DNA of 61,546 bases, the filler included. It is 6 parts of 6 records of this genome, joined end to end, with 100 filler letters (N's around TTAATTAATTAA, not from the genome) between each part and the next. Parts side by side here need not be neighbours in the genome. Positions count along the whole stretch, not along the records: positions 15,707 to 32,624 come from SRR20825010_5531; positions 32,725 to 45,295 come from SRR20825010_5532; 4 more parts are not named here. One strand, given 5' to 3'. The notes beneath the pieces were generated by a model. The model was not told the origin of the DNA and searched no databases. It was given only the letters and a program-made list of their open reading frames with translations. Position 1 is the stretch's first letter, and the number at the start of each line of letters is the position of its first letter. The position numbers and the translations under genes were made by a program. Below are positions 28,101-37,970 of the stretch, piece by piece.

Positions 28101-29492
28101 ATGGACAAGCGTATTTTTAGAATTTCATTGACGGCGGCCCTAGCGGGCTTTTTGTTTGGGTTCGACACCGTAGTAATCTCCGGGGCCAACCAGCCCATAA
28201 AAGAGATTTGGGACACCAACTGGTTTTTGGGCGATTCCATTTTTACCTTCCACGGTATCTTTATCATGTCCATGGCACTGTGGGGAACCGTTTTGGGTTC
28301 GCTTTTTGGCGGAATTCCCACGGACCGTTTGGGAAGAAAGAAAACCTTGTTCTGGATAGGCATTCTGTATTTCGCATCGGCACTTGGCTCTGCATTTGCC
28401 CCGGAAGCTTACAGTTTTTCGTTTTTTAGGTTTATCGGTGGTGTCGGGGTAGGGGCCTCATCTGTGGCCGCTCCCGTTTACATTTCCGAGATTTCTACGG
28501 CCCAGACCCGTGGAAGGCTCACGGCCATGTACCAGTTCAATATTGTTTTTGGGATTCTATTGGCTTTTATCTCCAACTATCTCATCGGAATCATTTTTGA
28601 TGAAAGCATAGCTTGGCGCTGGATGTTGGGCATTGAGGGCCTTCCCGCTCTGATCTATACCCTTATGGTGTTCAAAATTCCCAACAGCCCAAGATGGCTT
28701 TTAATGAAGGATAAGGCAGATGCCCTGGTCATCGAGTCCATAACGCTTTTGGGAATTGCGAAGGACAAGGCATCACTTCATCTGGAACAAATCAAAATTG
28801 CCATAGTGGAGACCAAAGAAAAGACAAGTGAAGGCTTGTTTTCCGGAAAGTACAATAAACCTTTGGTATTGGCTTTTTTAATTGCCTTTTTCAATCAACT
28901 ATCTGGGATTAATTTTGTCCTCTACTACGCACCTGAAATTTTGGAACGGGCAGGTCTCGCTTCAGGTGAATCGCTCTTTAGCTCCATATCCATTGGGGTG
29001 ATTAATTTGATTTTCACCTTTGTCGGCATATCCCTTATCGATAAACTTGGCCGAAAACAGCTCATGTACATTGGCTCCATCGGATACATTGTGAGTTTGG
29101 CCATGGTGGGATGGTGTTTCTATTCAGGGGCCAACTCGATATTGCTGCTAACTTTCATCTTAATTTTTATTGCTTCACATGCAGTAGGGCAAGGTGCGGT
29201 TATATGGGTGTTTATTTCTGAAATATTCCCGAACAAGGTTCGCTCCTACGGACAATCCTGGGGAACAGGGACACATTGGGTCTTTGCCGCATTGATTACC
29301 TTGCTCACCCCTACCTTTTTGGATGCGGAGATAGGCATCTTCAAGGAGAATCCATGGCCTATTTTTATCTTTTTTTCTGTCATGATGGTACTTCAATTGT
29401 TATGGGTGATTTTTATGATGCCGGAAACCAAAGGCATTACCTTGGAAGAACTTGCAAAACTGCTGAGCAAAAAGAAATATGACAAAGATTGA
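28101..29492 (+). CDS. MFS sugar porter
   Basis: GFLFGFDT, DRLGRK, YISEIS, NQLSGIN..LYYAP, PETKG. Confidence 0.93.
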   Translation: MDKRIFRISLTAALAGFLFGFDTVVISGANQPIKEIWDTNWFLGDSIFTFHGIFIMSMALWGTVLGSLFGGIPTDRLGRKKTLFWIGILYFASALGSAFAPEAYSFSFFRFIGGVGVGASSVAAPVYISEISTAQTRGRLTAMYQFNIVFGILLAFISNYLIGIIFDESIAWRWMLGIEGLPALIYTLMVFKIPNSPRWLLMKDKADALVIESITLLGIAKDKASLHLEQIKIAIVETKEKTSEGLFSGKYNKPLVLAFLIAFFNQLSGINFVLYYAPEILERAGLASGESLFSSISIGVINLIFTFVGISLIDKLGRKQLMYIGSIGYIVSLAMVGWCFYSGANSILLLTFILIFIASHAVGQGAVIWVFISEIFPNKVRSYGQSWGTGTHWVFAALITLLTPTFLDAEIGIFKENPWPIFIFFSVMMVLQLLWVIFMMPETKGITLEELAKLLSKKKYDKD

Positions 29493-29597
29493 TCCATTCA
29501 CATTACGTAGCCTAAAAACATCCGTTAATCGAATAGTGGTCGACCCATATAAGGAAATAACCAAATATTTTCTTAAATTGTTAGAAACTACACTATT

Positions 29598-29747
29598 ATG
29601 GAAGATGAAATTAGCATAGGCAACAAACTCATGGTCGGGTTTTTACGAATCATGGTTTTTATATTGATCGTAATCTTGATAGCAATCCCTGTGTTGATTG
29701 CACTTGACTTTTTAGGAGTTTTAGAGGCTATGGGTCTTTCTAATTGA
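29598..29747 (+). CDS. Small single-TM protein (49 aa), below the ORF-track cutoff
   Basis: MEDEISIGNKLMVGFLRIMVFILIVILIAIPVLIALDFLGVLEAMGLSN; fills the gap and overlaps the convergent stop by 8 nt. Confidence 0.45.
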   Translation: MEDEISIGNKLMVGFLRIMVFILIVILIAIPVLIALDFLGVLEAMGLSN

Positions 29748-30372
29748 AGATAACATCCTGCTCGCCCATTGATTTTGTGATCAATTTGATATAGGAGTCA
29801 ATGGTCTTGTTCATGTTTTCGGGCTCGGTAACATCCACATCGCCCCTCCAGATGAGCTCTATCTCCTTTCCTACACAGATACAGTAGAGAGATGTTTCAG
29901 CGTGGTAAATATTAAAACTGTCGTAATACTCGGAATTGTAGTAGATATCCTGATGCTCTATATAATCACTGCTAAACCTGAGCATCATTTTATCAATATT
30001 GTTGATGCGTTCCCGAAATGTCCTCCTATTTTCCGCACCCACCACCTTGGTAAACAGAATGGCATCAAAGCCCTTGTTCAGTAATTGTTCCTCTACCTCT
30101 TTCAATTCTTGCTCCGACCTTTCAGCTGAAGTAAATTCCACATCGAACAGATCAATGCTGCGCATGGCCTCTACCCCTTGCTCTTTCAAGGCATGGACAA
30201 ATCTATCCTCAAATTCCATTCTGGCCGCATCGTCTTTTACCATACCCACGACCAGCACTTGATAGGCATCAAAAACCACATTGTCCGGGTTCTTCCAAGT
30301 ACTCACCAACTTGGTAGACGAACAGCTTGTAAGTAGCAATAGAATTATGCCAATTAATTTGAGTTTCATCAC
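29740..30372 (-). CDS. Hypothetical lipoprotein
   Basis: LLTSC lipobox, SSTKLVSTWKNP, ETSLYCIC...LIW. Confidence 0.7.
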   Translation of the reverse strand: MMKLKLIGIILLLLTSCSSTKLVSTWKNPDNVVFDAYQVLVVGMVKDDAARMEFEDRFVHALKEQGVEAMRSIDLFDVEFTSAERSEQELKEVEEQLLNKGFDAILFTKVVGAENRRTFRERINNIDKMMLRFSSDYIEHQDIYYNSEYYDSFNIYHAETSLYCICVGKEIELIWRGDVDVTEPENMNKTIDSYIKLITKSMGEQDVIFN

Positions 30373-30413
30373 GATTGTTTTAGAAGATTCATGCGCAGCA
30401 AATGCCTAATTTA

Positions 30414-30713
30414 TTAATGCGAGGCAAAAGTTGCCTGCCGCTTTTCAAGTTGTCTTCTTAAATCCTCAACAGTTTTGGACATGGATTTTTCAAAATCATC
30501 GGTATTGGACTTTGCAAAGATTCTTGGTCCGGGGGCACTCAGTTCTATTTCACAGATCTTGCCTTCTCCCGTTTTATCGTTCTCTGTTTTGAATAACACA
30601 TTGGCCTTGATCAACCAGTTATATTTTGTTTCCAAACCTTCCAGTTTTTTCATTAATAATTGGGTTAATGATTCGCTGGTCATCATCTTTTGATATTGAA
30701 CATGTACTTCCAT
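30414..30713 (-). CDS. hpf: Ribosome hibernation factor HPF/RaiA family
   Basis: CEIELSAPGPRIFA...DFEK...LRRQLEKR; ATG 30713 preferred because it lies downstream of the promoter. Confidence 0.85.
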   Translation of the reverse strand: MEVHVQYQKMMTSESLTQLLMKKLEGLETKYNWLIKANVLFKTENDKTGEGKICEIELSAPGPRIFAKSNTDDFEKSMSKTVEDLRRQLEKRQATFASH

Positions 30714-30734
30714 GATTATTGTTTTGATTATATT

Positions 30735-30777
30735 CAAATCTAAGCCTAGTAAAGATACTATTTAATGACAATTGTCA
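30735..30777 (-). promoter_or_regulatory. hpf promoter: perfect palindrome TGACAATTGTCA (30766-30777), 23 nt, TAGATTTG (30742-30735)
   Basis: Seen directly; same spacing as the two contig-1 promoters. Confidence 0.7.
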
Positions 30778-30792
30778 GTTCAAGTTCAATTT

Positions 30793-32112
30793 CTATCCCA
30801 AGAAAAAAGGCTGCCCTGTACTCTGTAATACGGAGAACCAAAATTCGCCCTCCAAATCAATTTTCTTGCGCTTTTTGGTCACTTCGGCAATAGGAATGTA
30901 CACATACCTATTGTTGACCCTGCTGGCGACAAATTTGGTCTTTCCGGCCATGGCCCCGTGAACCGCATGGTAGGCTAATCGGCTACAATATACACTATCG
31001 CTTGAGTTGGCAGGTGCGCAACGAACTATGTAACTGGGGTCGATATATTTAATGGTCACAGGACTCCTTCCTTTGAAGTATTCCGATATTTTTTCTTTTA
31101 GGAAGACACCTATATCCTCGTGCTGAACATTTCCCGATGCATCGGTAACGATTTGCCTTTCCTTGAAAAGTTGTTGACCAGCACCCTCGGCCACTACAAT
31201 GACCGCATGTTTTTTCTGAAGCAACCTTTGTTCCAGAGCAGCAAAAAATCCATTTTCGCCCTCTAATGAAAAGTTCATCTCCGGGACCAACACAAAGTTG
31301 ACCACTGGCATGGCCAAAGCGGCCGAGGCAGCGATAAAACCGCTGTCCCTCCCCATCAATTTAATGATGGAAATACCGTTATAGGCCCCTGTAGCTTCGT
31401 TGTGGGCATCCCTTAAAATGGGACTGGCCACATCAAAAGCAGTTTGGAAACCGAAGGATTCATCGATTAGGTCAATATCATTGTCAATGGTCTTTGGAAT
31501 CCCTACAACGCTGATTTTGGCATCTCTTTTGGAAATTTCCTCACCAATGGCATTCACACCTTTTAAGGTCCCATCCCCTCCGATGGCAAAAAGCATGTCT
31601 ATCTTATTGCTTTCAAGGGTATCCACCATTACCGAGACATCCTGTCCACCTCTGGAAGAACCCAAAAAAGTACCTCCAAATTGATGAATATCCTTGACCT
31701 TATCCGGGGTCAATTCTACTAGCTCATGGTCCTTTTCAGGATTTAGACCTTCATATCCGTAGGGAATACCAACAATTTTTTTAACCCCGTAGAAATAATG
31801 AAGAGCCATCACCAAGCCCCTGATCACATTGTTTATTCCAGGGCACAGTCCACCGCAAGTAACAATGGCCGCAGTGGCATTCTTGGCATCAAAAAATATA
31901 TCCTGCCTTGGCCCCGCTTGCTCCATGCAGACAGGAGACTCTCCATCGTTTAAACAGTGATTATAATAGTCCATGGAAAGGTCGAACACCAGTCTATCGG
32001 ACTCGCTCACAAAATTAAAGATACGGTCTCCCTTTACGGTACTAAGTTGAAGGGGCGACCTATATTTAGGCGCCCCTAAGTTTTCAATATTAAAAATGTT
32101 CTTTTCACTCAC
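30793..32112 (-). CDS. pfk: 6-phosphofructokinase, probably ATP-dependent (group X type)
   Basis: TCGGLCPG, GGTFLGSSRG, GGDGT (Gly indicates ATP use), PKTIDND, MGRDSG, YIDPSY. Confidence 0.9.
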   Translation of the reverse strand: MSEKNIFNIENLGAPKYRSPLQLSTVKGDRIFNFVSESDRLVFDLSMDYYNHCLNDGESPVCMEQAGPRQDIFFDAKNATAAIVTCGGLCPGINNVIRGLVMALHYFYGVKKIVGIPYGYEGLNPEKDHELVELTPDKVKDIHQFGGTFLGSSRGGQDVSVMVDTLESNKIDMLFAIGGDGTLKGVNAIGEEISKRDAKISVVGIPKTIDNDIDLIDESFGFQTAFDVASPILRDAHNEATGAYNGISIIKLMGRDSGFIAASAALAMPVVNFVLVPEMNFSLEGENGFFAALEQRLLQKKHAVIVVAEGAGQQLFKERQIVTDASGNVQHEDIGVFLKEKISEYFKGRSPVTIKYIDPSYIVRCAPANSSDSVYCSRLAYHAVHGAMAGKTKFVASRVNNRYVYIPIAEVTKKRKKIDLEGEFWFSVLQSTGQPFFLG

Positions 32113-32123
32113 TGTACTGATTC

Positions 32124-32624
32124 TTAAAAATGTTCTGTCAAGCTGTGATGCGAATCAATGAGCGGTCCTCCGTTCATAATCTCATCTGAGGCTTGACTAG
32201 CAAATTTATCAAAATTGATATGGAACGAGTGCGCCAATTGAATGGCCTTGCTCACATACGCTCCTTTTTGCAACCACGTGTTCATTGGGTCCAAAATTTC
32301 TGTTGGTACTCCTGGACAATATTTTGGCATGTATAAACCAAAAATCGGATGGGTATCAAAGTCCACATCATCCAATTTACCTTCAAGAACAGCAGAAATC
32401 ATTGCCCTAGTATATTTAAGCTTGATTCTTGACCCCACTCCGTAAGGTCCTCCACTCCATCCGGTATTTACCAACCAGACGTTTACCCCGGAGGCCTTCA
32501 TTTTTTCACTCAACATTTCCGCGTACACCGCTGGGTGCAATGGCATAAAAGGTTCCCCAAAACATGCGGAGAACGATGGAACGGGCTCCGTAATACCAGC
32601 CTCTGTCCCAGCCACTTTGGCCGT
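32124..32624 (-). CDS. pckA: PEP carboxykinase (ATP), C-terminal part
   Basis: AGTEAGITEP..FSACFG.PF, WLVNTGWSGG; 5' end cut by the spacer. Confidence 0.93.
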   Translation of the reverse strand, partial: TAKVAGTEAGITEPVPSFSACFGEPFMPLHPAVYAEMLSEKMKASGVNVWLVNTGWSGGPYGVGSRIKLKYTRAMISAVLEGKLDDVDFDTHPIFGLYMPKYCPGVPTEILDPMNTWLQKGAYVSKAIQLAHSFHINFDKFASQASDEIMNGGPLIDSHHSLTEHF

Positions 32625-32724
32625 NNNNNNNNNNNNNNNNNNNNNNNNNNNNNNNNNNNNNNNNNNNNTTAATTAATTAANNNNNNNNNNNNNNNNNNNN
32701 NNNNNNNNNNNNNNNNNNNNNNNN
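32625..32724. other. Artificial contig spacer
   Basis: N44-TTAATTAATTAA-N44. Confidence 0.99.
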
Positions 32725-33038
32725 ACTTCCTCGACGTGGGCGGTGGTGCTACCACCGAGAAAGTAACTGAAGCTTTCAAGATCATGTTGAAAAACCCCAA
32801 CCTGAAAGCCATTCTTGTGAACATTTTTGGTGGCATCATGCGCTGCGATGTAATTGCAGATGGCGTGGTTGCAGCTTCAAAGGCTGTTGGTTTGTCAGTA
32901 CCGCTGGTTGTTCGCATGAAAGGCACCAACGAAGATTTGGGCAAGAAAATTCTGGCCGAATCCGGTTTGCCAATCATTGCCGCCAATACCATGGGCGAAG
33001 CCGCACAAAAAGTGGTGGCTGCCACCAAGGGCGCCTAA
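32725..33038 (+). CDS. sucC: Succinyl-CoA synthetase beta subunit, C-terminal part
   Basis: [27 protein letters not shown]. Confidence 0.95.
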
Positions 33039-33128
33039 GCACCAGGTGCAGCGTATTTGACAGCCATCCAACACGATTGAAAGCTGCCCCTATCCAAGTT
33101 GGGGTAGCCACTAAAAAGGATTTTGACA

Positions 33129-34016
33129 ATGTCTATTTTGATCAACAAAGACACCAAAGTAATTACCCAGGGTATTACAGGTAAAACCGGTCAGTTTCAC
33201 ACGCGCATGTGTCGTGAATACGCCAACGGCAAAAACTGCTTCGTCGCGGGTGTTAACCCCAAAAAAGCAGGCGAAGATTTTGAAGGTGTGCCCATTTACG
33301 GCACCGTGGCTGATGCCAAAAAACAAACCGGTGCCAACGCATCCGTTATTTATGTACCACCTCCCTTTGCCGCTGCTGCCATTTGGGAAGCGGTTGAAGC
33401 TGACCTGGATCTCGTGATCTGTATCACCGAAGGCATTCCTGTTCGCGACATGATCGAAGTGCGCGATCGCATGCGCCGCGAAGGTCGCAAAACCATTGTT
33501 GTGGGCCCAAACTGCCCCGGCGTTATTACGCCTGATGAAATCAAGATCGGCATTATGCCTGGCCACATTCACAAGAAAGGTCGCATTGGTGTGGTGTCAC
33601 GTTCCGGTACGCTGACCTACGAAGCGGTGGGTCAGTTAAGTGAACTTGGCCTTGGCCAATCCACCGCAGTGGGCATTGGTGGTGATCCTGTGAATGGTTT
33701 GAAGCACATTGATGTGATGCGCATGTTCAATGACGATCCCGACACCGATGCTGTGGTCATGATCGGCGAAATTGGTGGCAGCGATGAAGAAGAAGCCGCT
33801 TTGTGGGTCAAAGACAATATGAAGAAGCCTGTTGTGGGCTTCATTGCGGGTGTAACCGCCCCCCCCGGAAAGCGCATGGGTCATGCCGGTGCGATCATTT
33901 CCGGTGGCAAGGGAACCGCTCAGGAAAAGCTGGCCATTATGGAAGAGTGCGGCATCACCGTCACGAAAGATCCTTCCGTCATGGGCCAATTGCTGAAAAA
34001 AGCCATTGGTGCATAA
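33129..34016 (+). CDS. sucD: Succinyl-CoA synthetase alpha subunit
   Basis: [30 protein letters not shown]. Confidence 0.97.
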   Translation: MSILINKDTKVITQGITGKTGQFHTRMCREYANGKNCFVAGVNPKKAGEDFEGVPIYGTVADAKKQTGANASVIYVPPPFAAAAIWEAVEADLDLVICITEGIPVRDMIEVRDRMRREGRKTIVVGPNCPGVITPDEIKIGIMPGHIHKKGRIGVVSRSGTLTYEAVGQLSELGLGQSTAVGIGGDPVNGLKHIDVMRMFNDDPDTDAVVMIGEIGGSDEEEAALWVKDNMKKPVVGFIAGVTAPPGKRMGHAGAIISGGKGTAQEKLAIMEECGITVTKDPSVMGQLLKKAIGA

Positions 34017-34055
34017 GGTAGTTGTGCAGGGTTAAAACCCAGCGGTTTTAATTCG

Positions 34056-34096
34056 AAACCCCCACCGTTCACTCTGAATGGTGGGGGTTTTTTTTT
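34056..34096 (+). terminator. Intrinsic terminator after sucD
   Basis: AAACCCCCACCGTTCA-CTC-TGAATGGTGGGGGTTT followed by a T run. Confidence 0.85.
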
Positions 34097-34178
34097 AACC
34101 CTAGCGGGGGTATTTCACATCGGCGGAAAATAGAAGAATAAGGCCTTAACACCACTTTTCGATGTGAGGAATGTAAAG

Positions 34179-34697
34179 ATGAATACTCCAAAAGCTTTTA
34201 ACCGGACGAAGATTTCGAAAGGTTTTACCCTGATTGAACTGATGATCGCCATTGCGATTGTTGGTGTATTGGCAACAATTGCAATTCCACAGTTTACAGA
34301 TTACCTGGGAAGGGCAAGGGTTTCAGAAGCAGTTAACCTGGCCCAAGGCTGTAAAACCGGGTTTGTCGAGTTCAATGCAAGTCGTGGTCTTTTTCCGACT
34401 ACTGCGGCACTTGCAGGTTGTAACAACACTGCCACTGAAAACGTTCAAAGTCTGGCGGTGACTGGTGCTGCCAATCCGCGAATCACGGTCGCTTTGGTCA
34501 ACGCGGCCCCTGTTCCTCCTGCCGTGCGCGGTCACAACATTATTTTGCAACCTCTTGCCACACCGACAACTAAGGCTACAGAGGGCGGCGTTATTGCGAA
34601 CTGGAGGTGTTCGATAACCACTGCGGGCGGCGCTGCGCCTTTACAAGCGGCTCTCAACATGGTGCCCACTTCTTGCAGGCAGATCCCACTGCCGTAA
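34179..34697 (+). CDS. pilA: Type IVa major pilin
   Basis: [24 protein letters not shown] prepilin cleavage motif, RARVSEA, C-terminal WRC...PTSCR. Confidence 0.9.
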   Translation: MNTPKAFNRTKISKGFTLIELMIAIAIVGVLATIAIPQFTDYLGRARVSEAVNLAQGCKTGFVEFNASRGLFPTTAALAGCNNTATENVQSLAVTGAANPRITVALVNAAPVPPAVRGHNIILQPLATPTTKATEGGVIANWRCSITTAGGAAPLQAALNMVPTSCRQIPLP

Positions 34698-34724
34698 ATC
34701 GCGTTTCAAGTTGTGGCGTGTTGT

Positions 34725-35204
34725 TTAATTTTTAAATGACCACTCGCCAGACTTTCCACCGCGCTTCTCAAGCAGTTTGGTTTCAGTCATCACCATGCCT
34801 TTGTCAATTGCCTTAAGCATGTCGTAAATGGTGAGGAGCCCTACCTGAACACCGGTCAGGGCTTCCATTTCCACTCCTGTTTTTCCCACAGTTTGCGCTG
34901 TGCAAACACAATTCACTTCACACTTTTCATCCACTAGTTCAAATTCTACTGCCAGGCGTGTCAAGGGCAGGGGGTGGCACAAAGGGATCAGGTCTGAAGT
35001 TCGCTTGGCGCCCTGAATGGCCGCAATGCGCGCAACACCCAGCACATCGCCTTTTTTGGCTGTACCAGCTTTTAGCACTGCATAGGCTTCAGCTCCCAAT
35101 CGTATGGTGCCAATGGCCACGGCTTTGCGTTCGGTTTCATTTTTTTCACCGACATCGACCATGTGTGCGTTGCCTTCCTGGTCAAAATGCGTCAGTCCAT
35201 TCAT
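34725..35204 (-). CDS. moaC: Cyclic pyranopterin monophosphate synthase
   Basis: [33 protein letters not shown]. Confidence 0.96.
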   Translation of the reverse strand: MNGLTHFDQEGNAHMVDVGEKNETERKAVAIGTIRLGAEAYAVLKAGTAKKGDVLGVARIAAIQGAKRTSDLIPLCHPLPLTRLAVEFELVDEKCEVNCVCTAQTVGKTGVEMEALTGVQVGLLTIYDMLKAIDKGMVMTETKLLEKRGGKSGEWSFKN

Positions 35205-35346
35205 ATGGTAATCCCCTGCTTTTTCCTGATTGGTTCAACCTCATTTGCTTATCTTTAAGCAAGAAACGCGGCGCTGTGCCTGAAGTTGATTGAACTTGTT
35301 TTACACCGCGCTATCATACCCAGACTATCACTGTAAAAAGCCCAAG

Positions 35347-36939
35347 ATGCGTTTTGACTTTCGTAAAAATGTTGCAAGTGTGCTGTGCAGTACCTTGATA
35401 CTGTCCTCTACACTGTCGCCTGCGGTTTACGCCGATGGGCTGAACAATCTGCCAAGCTTGGGCGATGCGGGTGACACGGAGTTGTCCGTTCAGGACGAGC
35501 GCCGATTGGGCGCATTGATCATGAAAGATTACCGTGCTTTTGGGGCGGTGAACACCGACCCTGAAATTACTGCGTATATCAGCAGGCTGGGCAACAAAAT
35601 TGTTCAGGCCGCTTCGGAATCGCCTTCCAGTTTCGAGTTTTTCCTTGTCACCGACAAATCAGTGAATGCGTTTGCCATGCCCGGTGGCTACATCGGTGTT
35701 CACACTGGGTTGATAGCAGCGGCTCAAACCGAGTCCGAATTGGCCTCTGTGTTGGCACACGAGGTGGGGCACGTTACCCAGCGCCACATTGCCCGGCGGT
35801 TCGGGCAGCAGAAACAAAGCAGTTTGGTTGCCACTGCGGCCATGATCGCCGCCTTGCTGGTGGCGGGGTCCAATCCGCAGGCAGCATCGGGCTTGATGGC
35901 GGCCGGCGCGGGGTATTCCATTGATCAGCAATTGTCCTTTTCCCGTGATGCTGAACGTGAAGCCGACCGCGTGGGTTTCCTGACCCTTCGGCAAGCCGGG
36001 TTTGACACACAGGGCATGGTGGACTTTTTTGGGCGTTTGCAAACTGCCTCGCGCCTTTACGAGAACAACGCACCTTCCTACCTGCGAACCCACCCATTGA
36101 CCACAGAGCGGATTGCTGACATTCGCAACCGTGCCGGTCTGGAGGGGCGTGCTGGCCAAAACCGTCAGCAAGCCAATCTTGAATTTGAATTGATTCGGGT
36201 GAAGTCGATTGTGTTTGCCGAACGCAGCAACCAGCAACTGGCCGATCGCCTGCGTACCTTTGAGTCACCGAATGAGCAAGAAGGCATCAAAGACCCGGTG
36301 GCGCGTGAATATGGCCGTTCACTGGTGTTGTCTGCGATGGGCAGGAAAAAGGATGCACTGGCTGCCAGCAACAAAGCGATTGAGCGCTTTAAATCGACAC
36401 AGTCTGTGGTGAAAAAAACAGCGGTACCGCTGTTTTTGCAAAGTCAGCAGATGCGTATGTCCATGGACGTCAGCTTGCCTTTGGCTTCAGCCCCTGTGGG
36501 GGAGCGCCCAATTCGGGAACGCGGGGCTCTTGATGCGCAGGAAACGGCCATGCTTGATCGACTTGTCGAGCTGCGCAATGAATTCAAAAACGATATGTCT
36601 GTGCGTTTGCTGTACGCCGAAGGTTTACAGCGTTTGGGTTTGTTTGCGGAATCAGATGCGTACCTGAAAGAACTTTCCGTGGCTTATCGATCCGTGCCCG
36701 AGGTGTTTGATTTGCTGGCGCAAAGTGCGCTGGCCTTGCGAAAGCCCGCTGAACACCACATGGCTTTGGCGCAATCCTACAACGCACGCCAGGCCTATTT
36801 GCCGGCTATTGAGCAGGCTGAAATAGCCAAGCGTTATGCAGCCGATAACTATTATTTGCTGGCAGAAATTGATGCCAAACAACGCGAGTACAAACGCAAA
36901 GCAGATGCCGAGCGTGAATTCGCGAAGTTTGGTAATTAA
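35347..36939 (+). CDS. bepA: M48-family periplasmic metalloprotease, BepA/YfgC-like
   Basis: NAFAMPGG, LAHEVGHV, FSRDAEREAD, YLRTHP, TPR-like C-terminus; ATG 35347. Confidence 0.85.
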   Translation: MRFDFRKNVASVLCSTLILSSTLSPAVYADGLNNLPSLGDAGDTELSVQDERRLGALIMKDYRAFGAVNTDPEITAYISRLGNKIVQAASESPSSFEFFLVTDKSVNAFAMPGGYIGVHTGLIAAAQTESELASVLAHEVGHVTQRHIARRFGQQKQSSLVATAAMIAALLVAGSNPQAASGLMAAGAGYSIDQQLSFSRDAEREADRVGFLTLRQAGFDTQGMVDFFGRLQTASRLYENNAPSYLRTHPLTTERIADIRNRAGLEGRAGQNRQQANLEFELIRVKSIVFAERSNQQLADRLRTFESPNEQEGIKDPVAREYGRSLVLSAMGRKKDALAASNKAIERFKSTQSVVKKTAVPLFLQSQQMRMSMDVSLPLASAPVGERPIRERGALDAQETAMLDRLVELRNEFKNDMSVRLLYAEGLQRLGLFAESDAYLKELSVAYRSVPEVFDLLAQSALALRKPAEHHMALAQSYNARQAYLPAIEQAEIAKRYAADNYYLLAEIDAKQREYKRKADAEREFAKFGN

Positions 36940-36970
36940 GTTTGGCAATTAAACGGTAAACGAAGCTGAA

Positions 36971-37945
36971 TCAGGCTTTGTGATAATCGCTGACCCGCTG
37001 CACTTCATGGGCTGAGCCCAGCATCACCGCGCAGCGCTGGTGCAAATCAGTGGGTTGAATGTCCAGAATGCGCTGGGTGGCATCAAAGCTTTTGCCGCCA
37101 GCTTGTTCCACCAGCAGGCTCATTGGGTTGGCCTCGTACATCAGGCGCAGTTTGCCGGGTTTGCTGGGGTCGCGTTGATCTTTGGGGTACATGAAAATGC
37201 CACCCCGGGTCAGCACACGGTGTACATCGGCTACCATCGACGCAATCCAGCGCATGTTGAAATCTTTGTTGCGCACGCCGGTTTTCCCTTCCAGCAATTC
37301 AGCAATGTAGCGCTGCACGGGTGCGTACCAATGGCGCTGATTCGACATATTGATGGCGAATTCCTTGGTGTCCTCGGGAATGTCCATGCTCTCGCTGGTT
37401 TGAATGTATTGGCCAGCCTCGCGGTCCAGCGTGAATGCCACCACGCCCTTGCCAAAAGTCAGCACCAGTGAAGTTTGTGGGCCATACACCACATAACCAG
37501 CAGCCAGTTGTTCAGTTCCCGGTTGAAGGAAGCTGTCATTGGTAATTTCGCCTACATCCGGGTTGGGCAGCACCGAGAAAATGGTACCGATTGACACGTT
37601 CACATCAATGTTGCTTGAACCATCCAGCGGGTCGAACAGCACCAGGAAGGGGCGGTCAGAATGCCCGGGCACTGGGGAACAATCGTCCAGTTCCTCGGAA
37701 GCCATGCCCGCCACCACGCCTGTTGCAGCAAGTGCATCCAGAATCATGTCATTGGCAATAATATCGAGCTTTTTCTGGGTTTCGCCTTGCACGTTTTCTG
37801 AACCGGCACTGCCCAACACGCCGCCCAGCGCGCCTTTGTGAACCGCCGCCGATATGGACTGTGACACCTCGGCAATTGCCGAAATCAACACACCCATGTG
37901 CGCATCCGCATGGTGCTCCAGGTACTGCGCCAAATTCATGTTCAT
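36971..37945 (-). CDS. fbp: Fructose-1,6-bisphosphatase class 1
   Basis: [38 protein letters not shown]. Confidence 0.96.
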   Translation of the reverse strand: MNMNLAQYLEHHADAHMGVLISAIAEVSQSISAAVHKGALGGVLGSAGSENVQGETQKKLDIIANDMILDALAATGVVAGMASEELDDCSPVPGHSDRPFLVLFDPLDGSSNIDVNVSIGTIFSVLPNPDVGEITNDSFLQPGTEQLAAGYVVYGPQTSLVLTFGKGVVAFTLDREAGQYIQTSESMDIPEDTKEFAINMSNQRHWYAPVQRYIAELLEGKTGVRNKDFNMRWIASMVADVHRVLTRGGIFMYPKDQRDPSKPGKLRLMYEANPMSLLVEQAGGKSFDATQRILDIQPTDLHQRCAVMLGSAHEVQRVSDYHKA

Positions 37946-37970
37946 TTACGTGTCCTCTGTTCAATTCAAA

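Noticed and set aside
18793-34016. sucAB and sucCD as one TCA gene cluster
   Set aside because: They lie on different contigs separated by a spacer and appear to come from different phyla.
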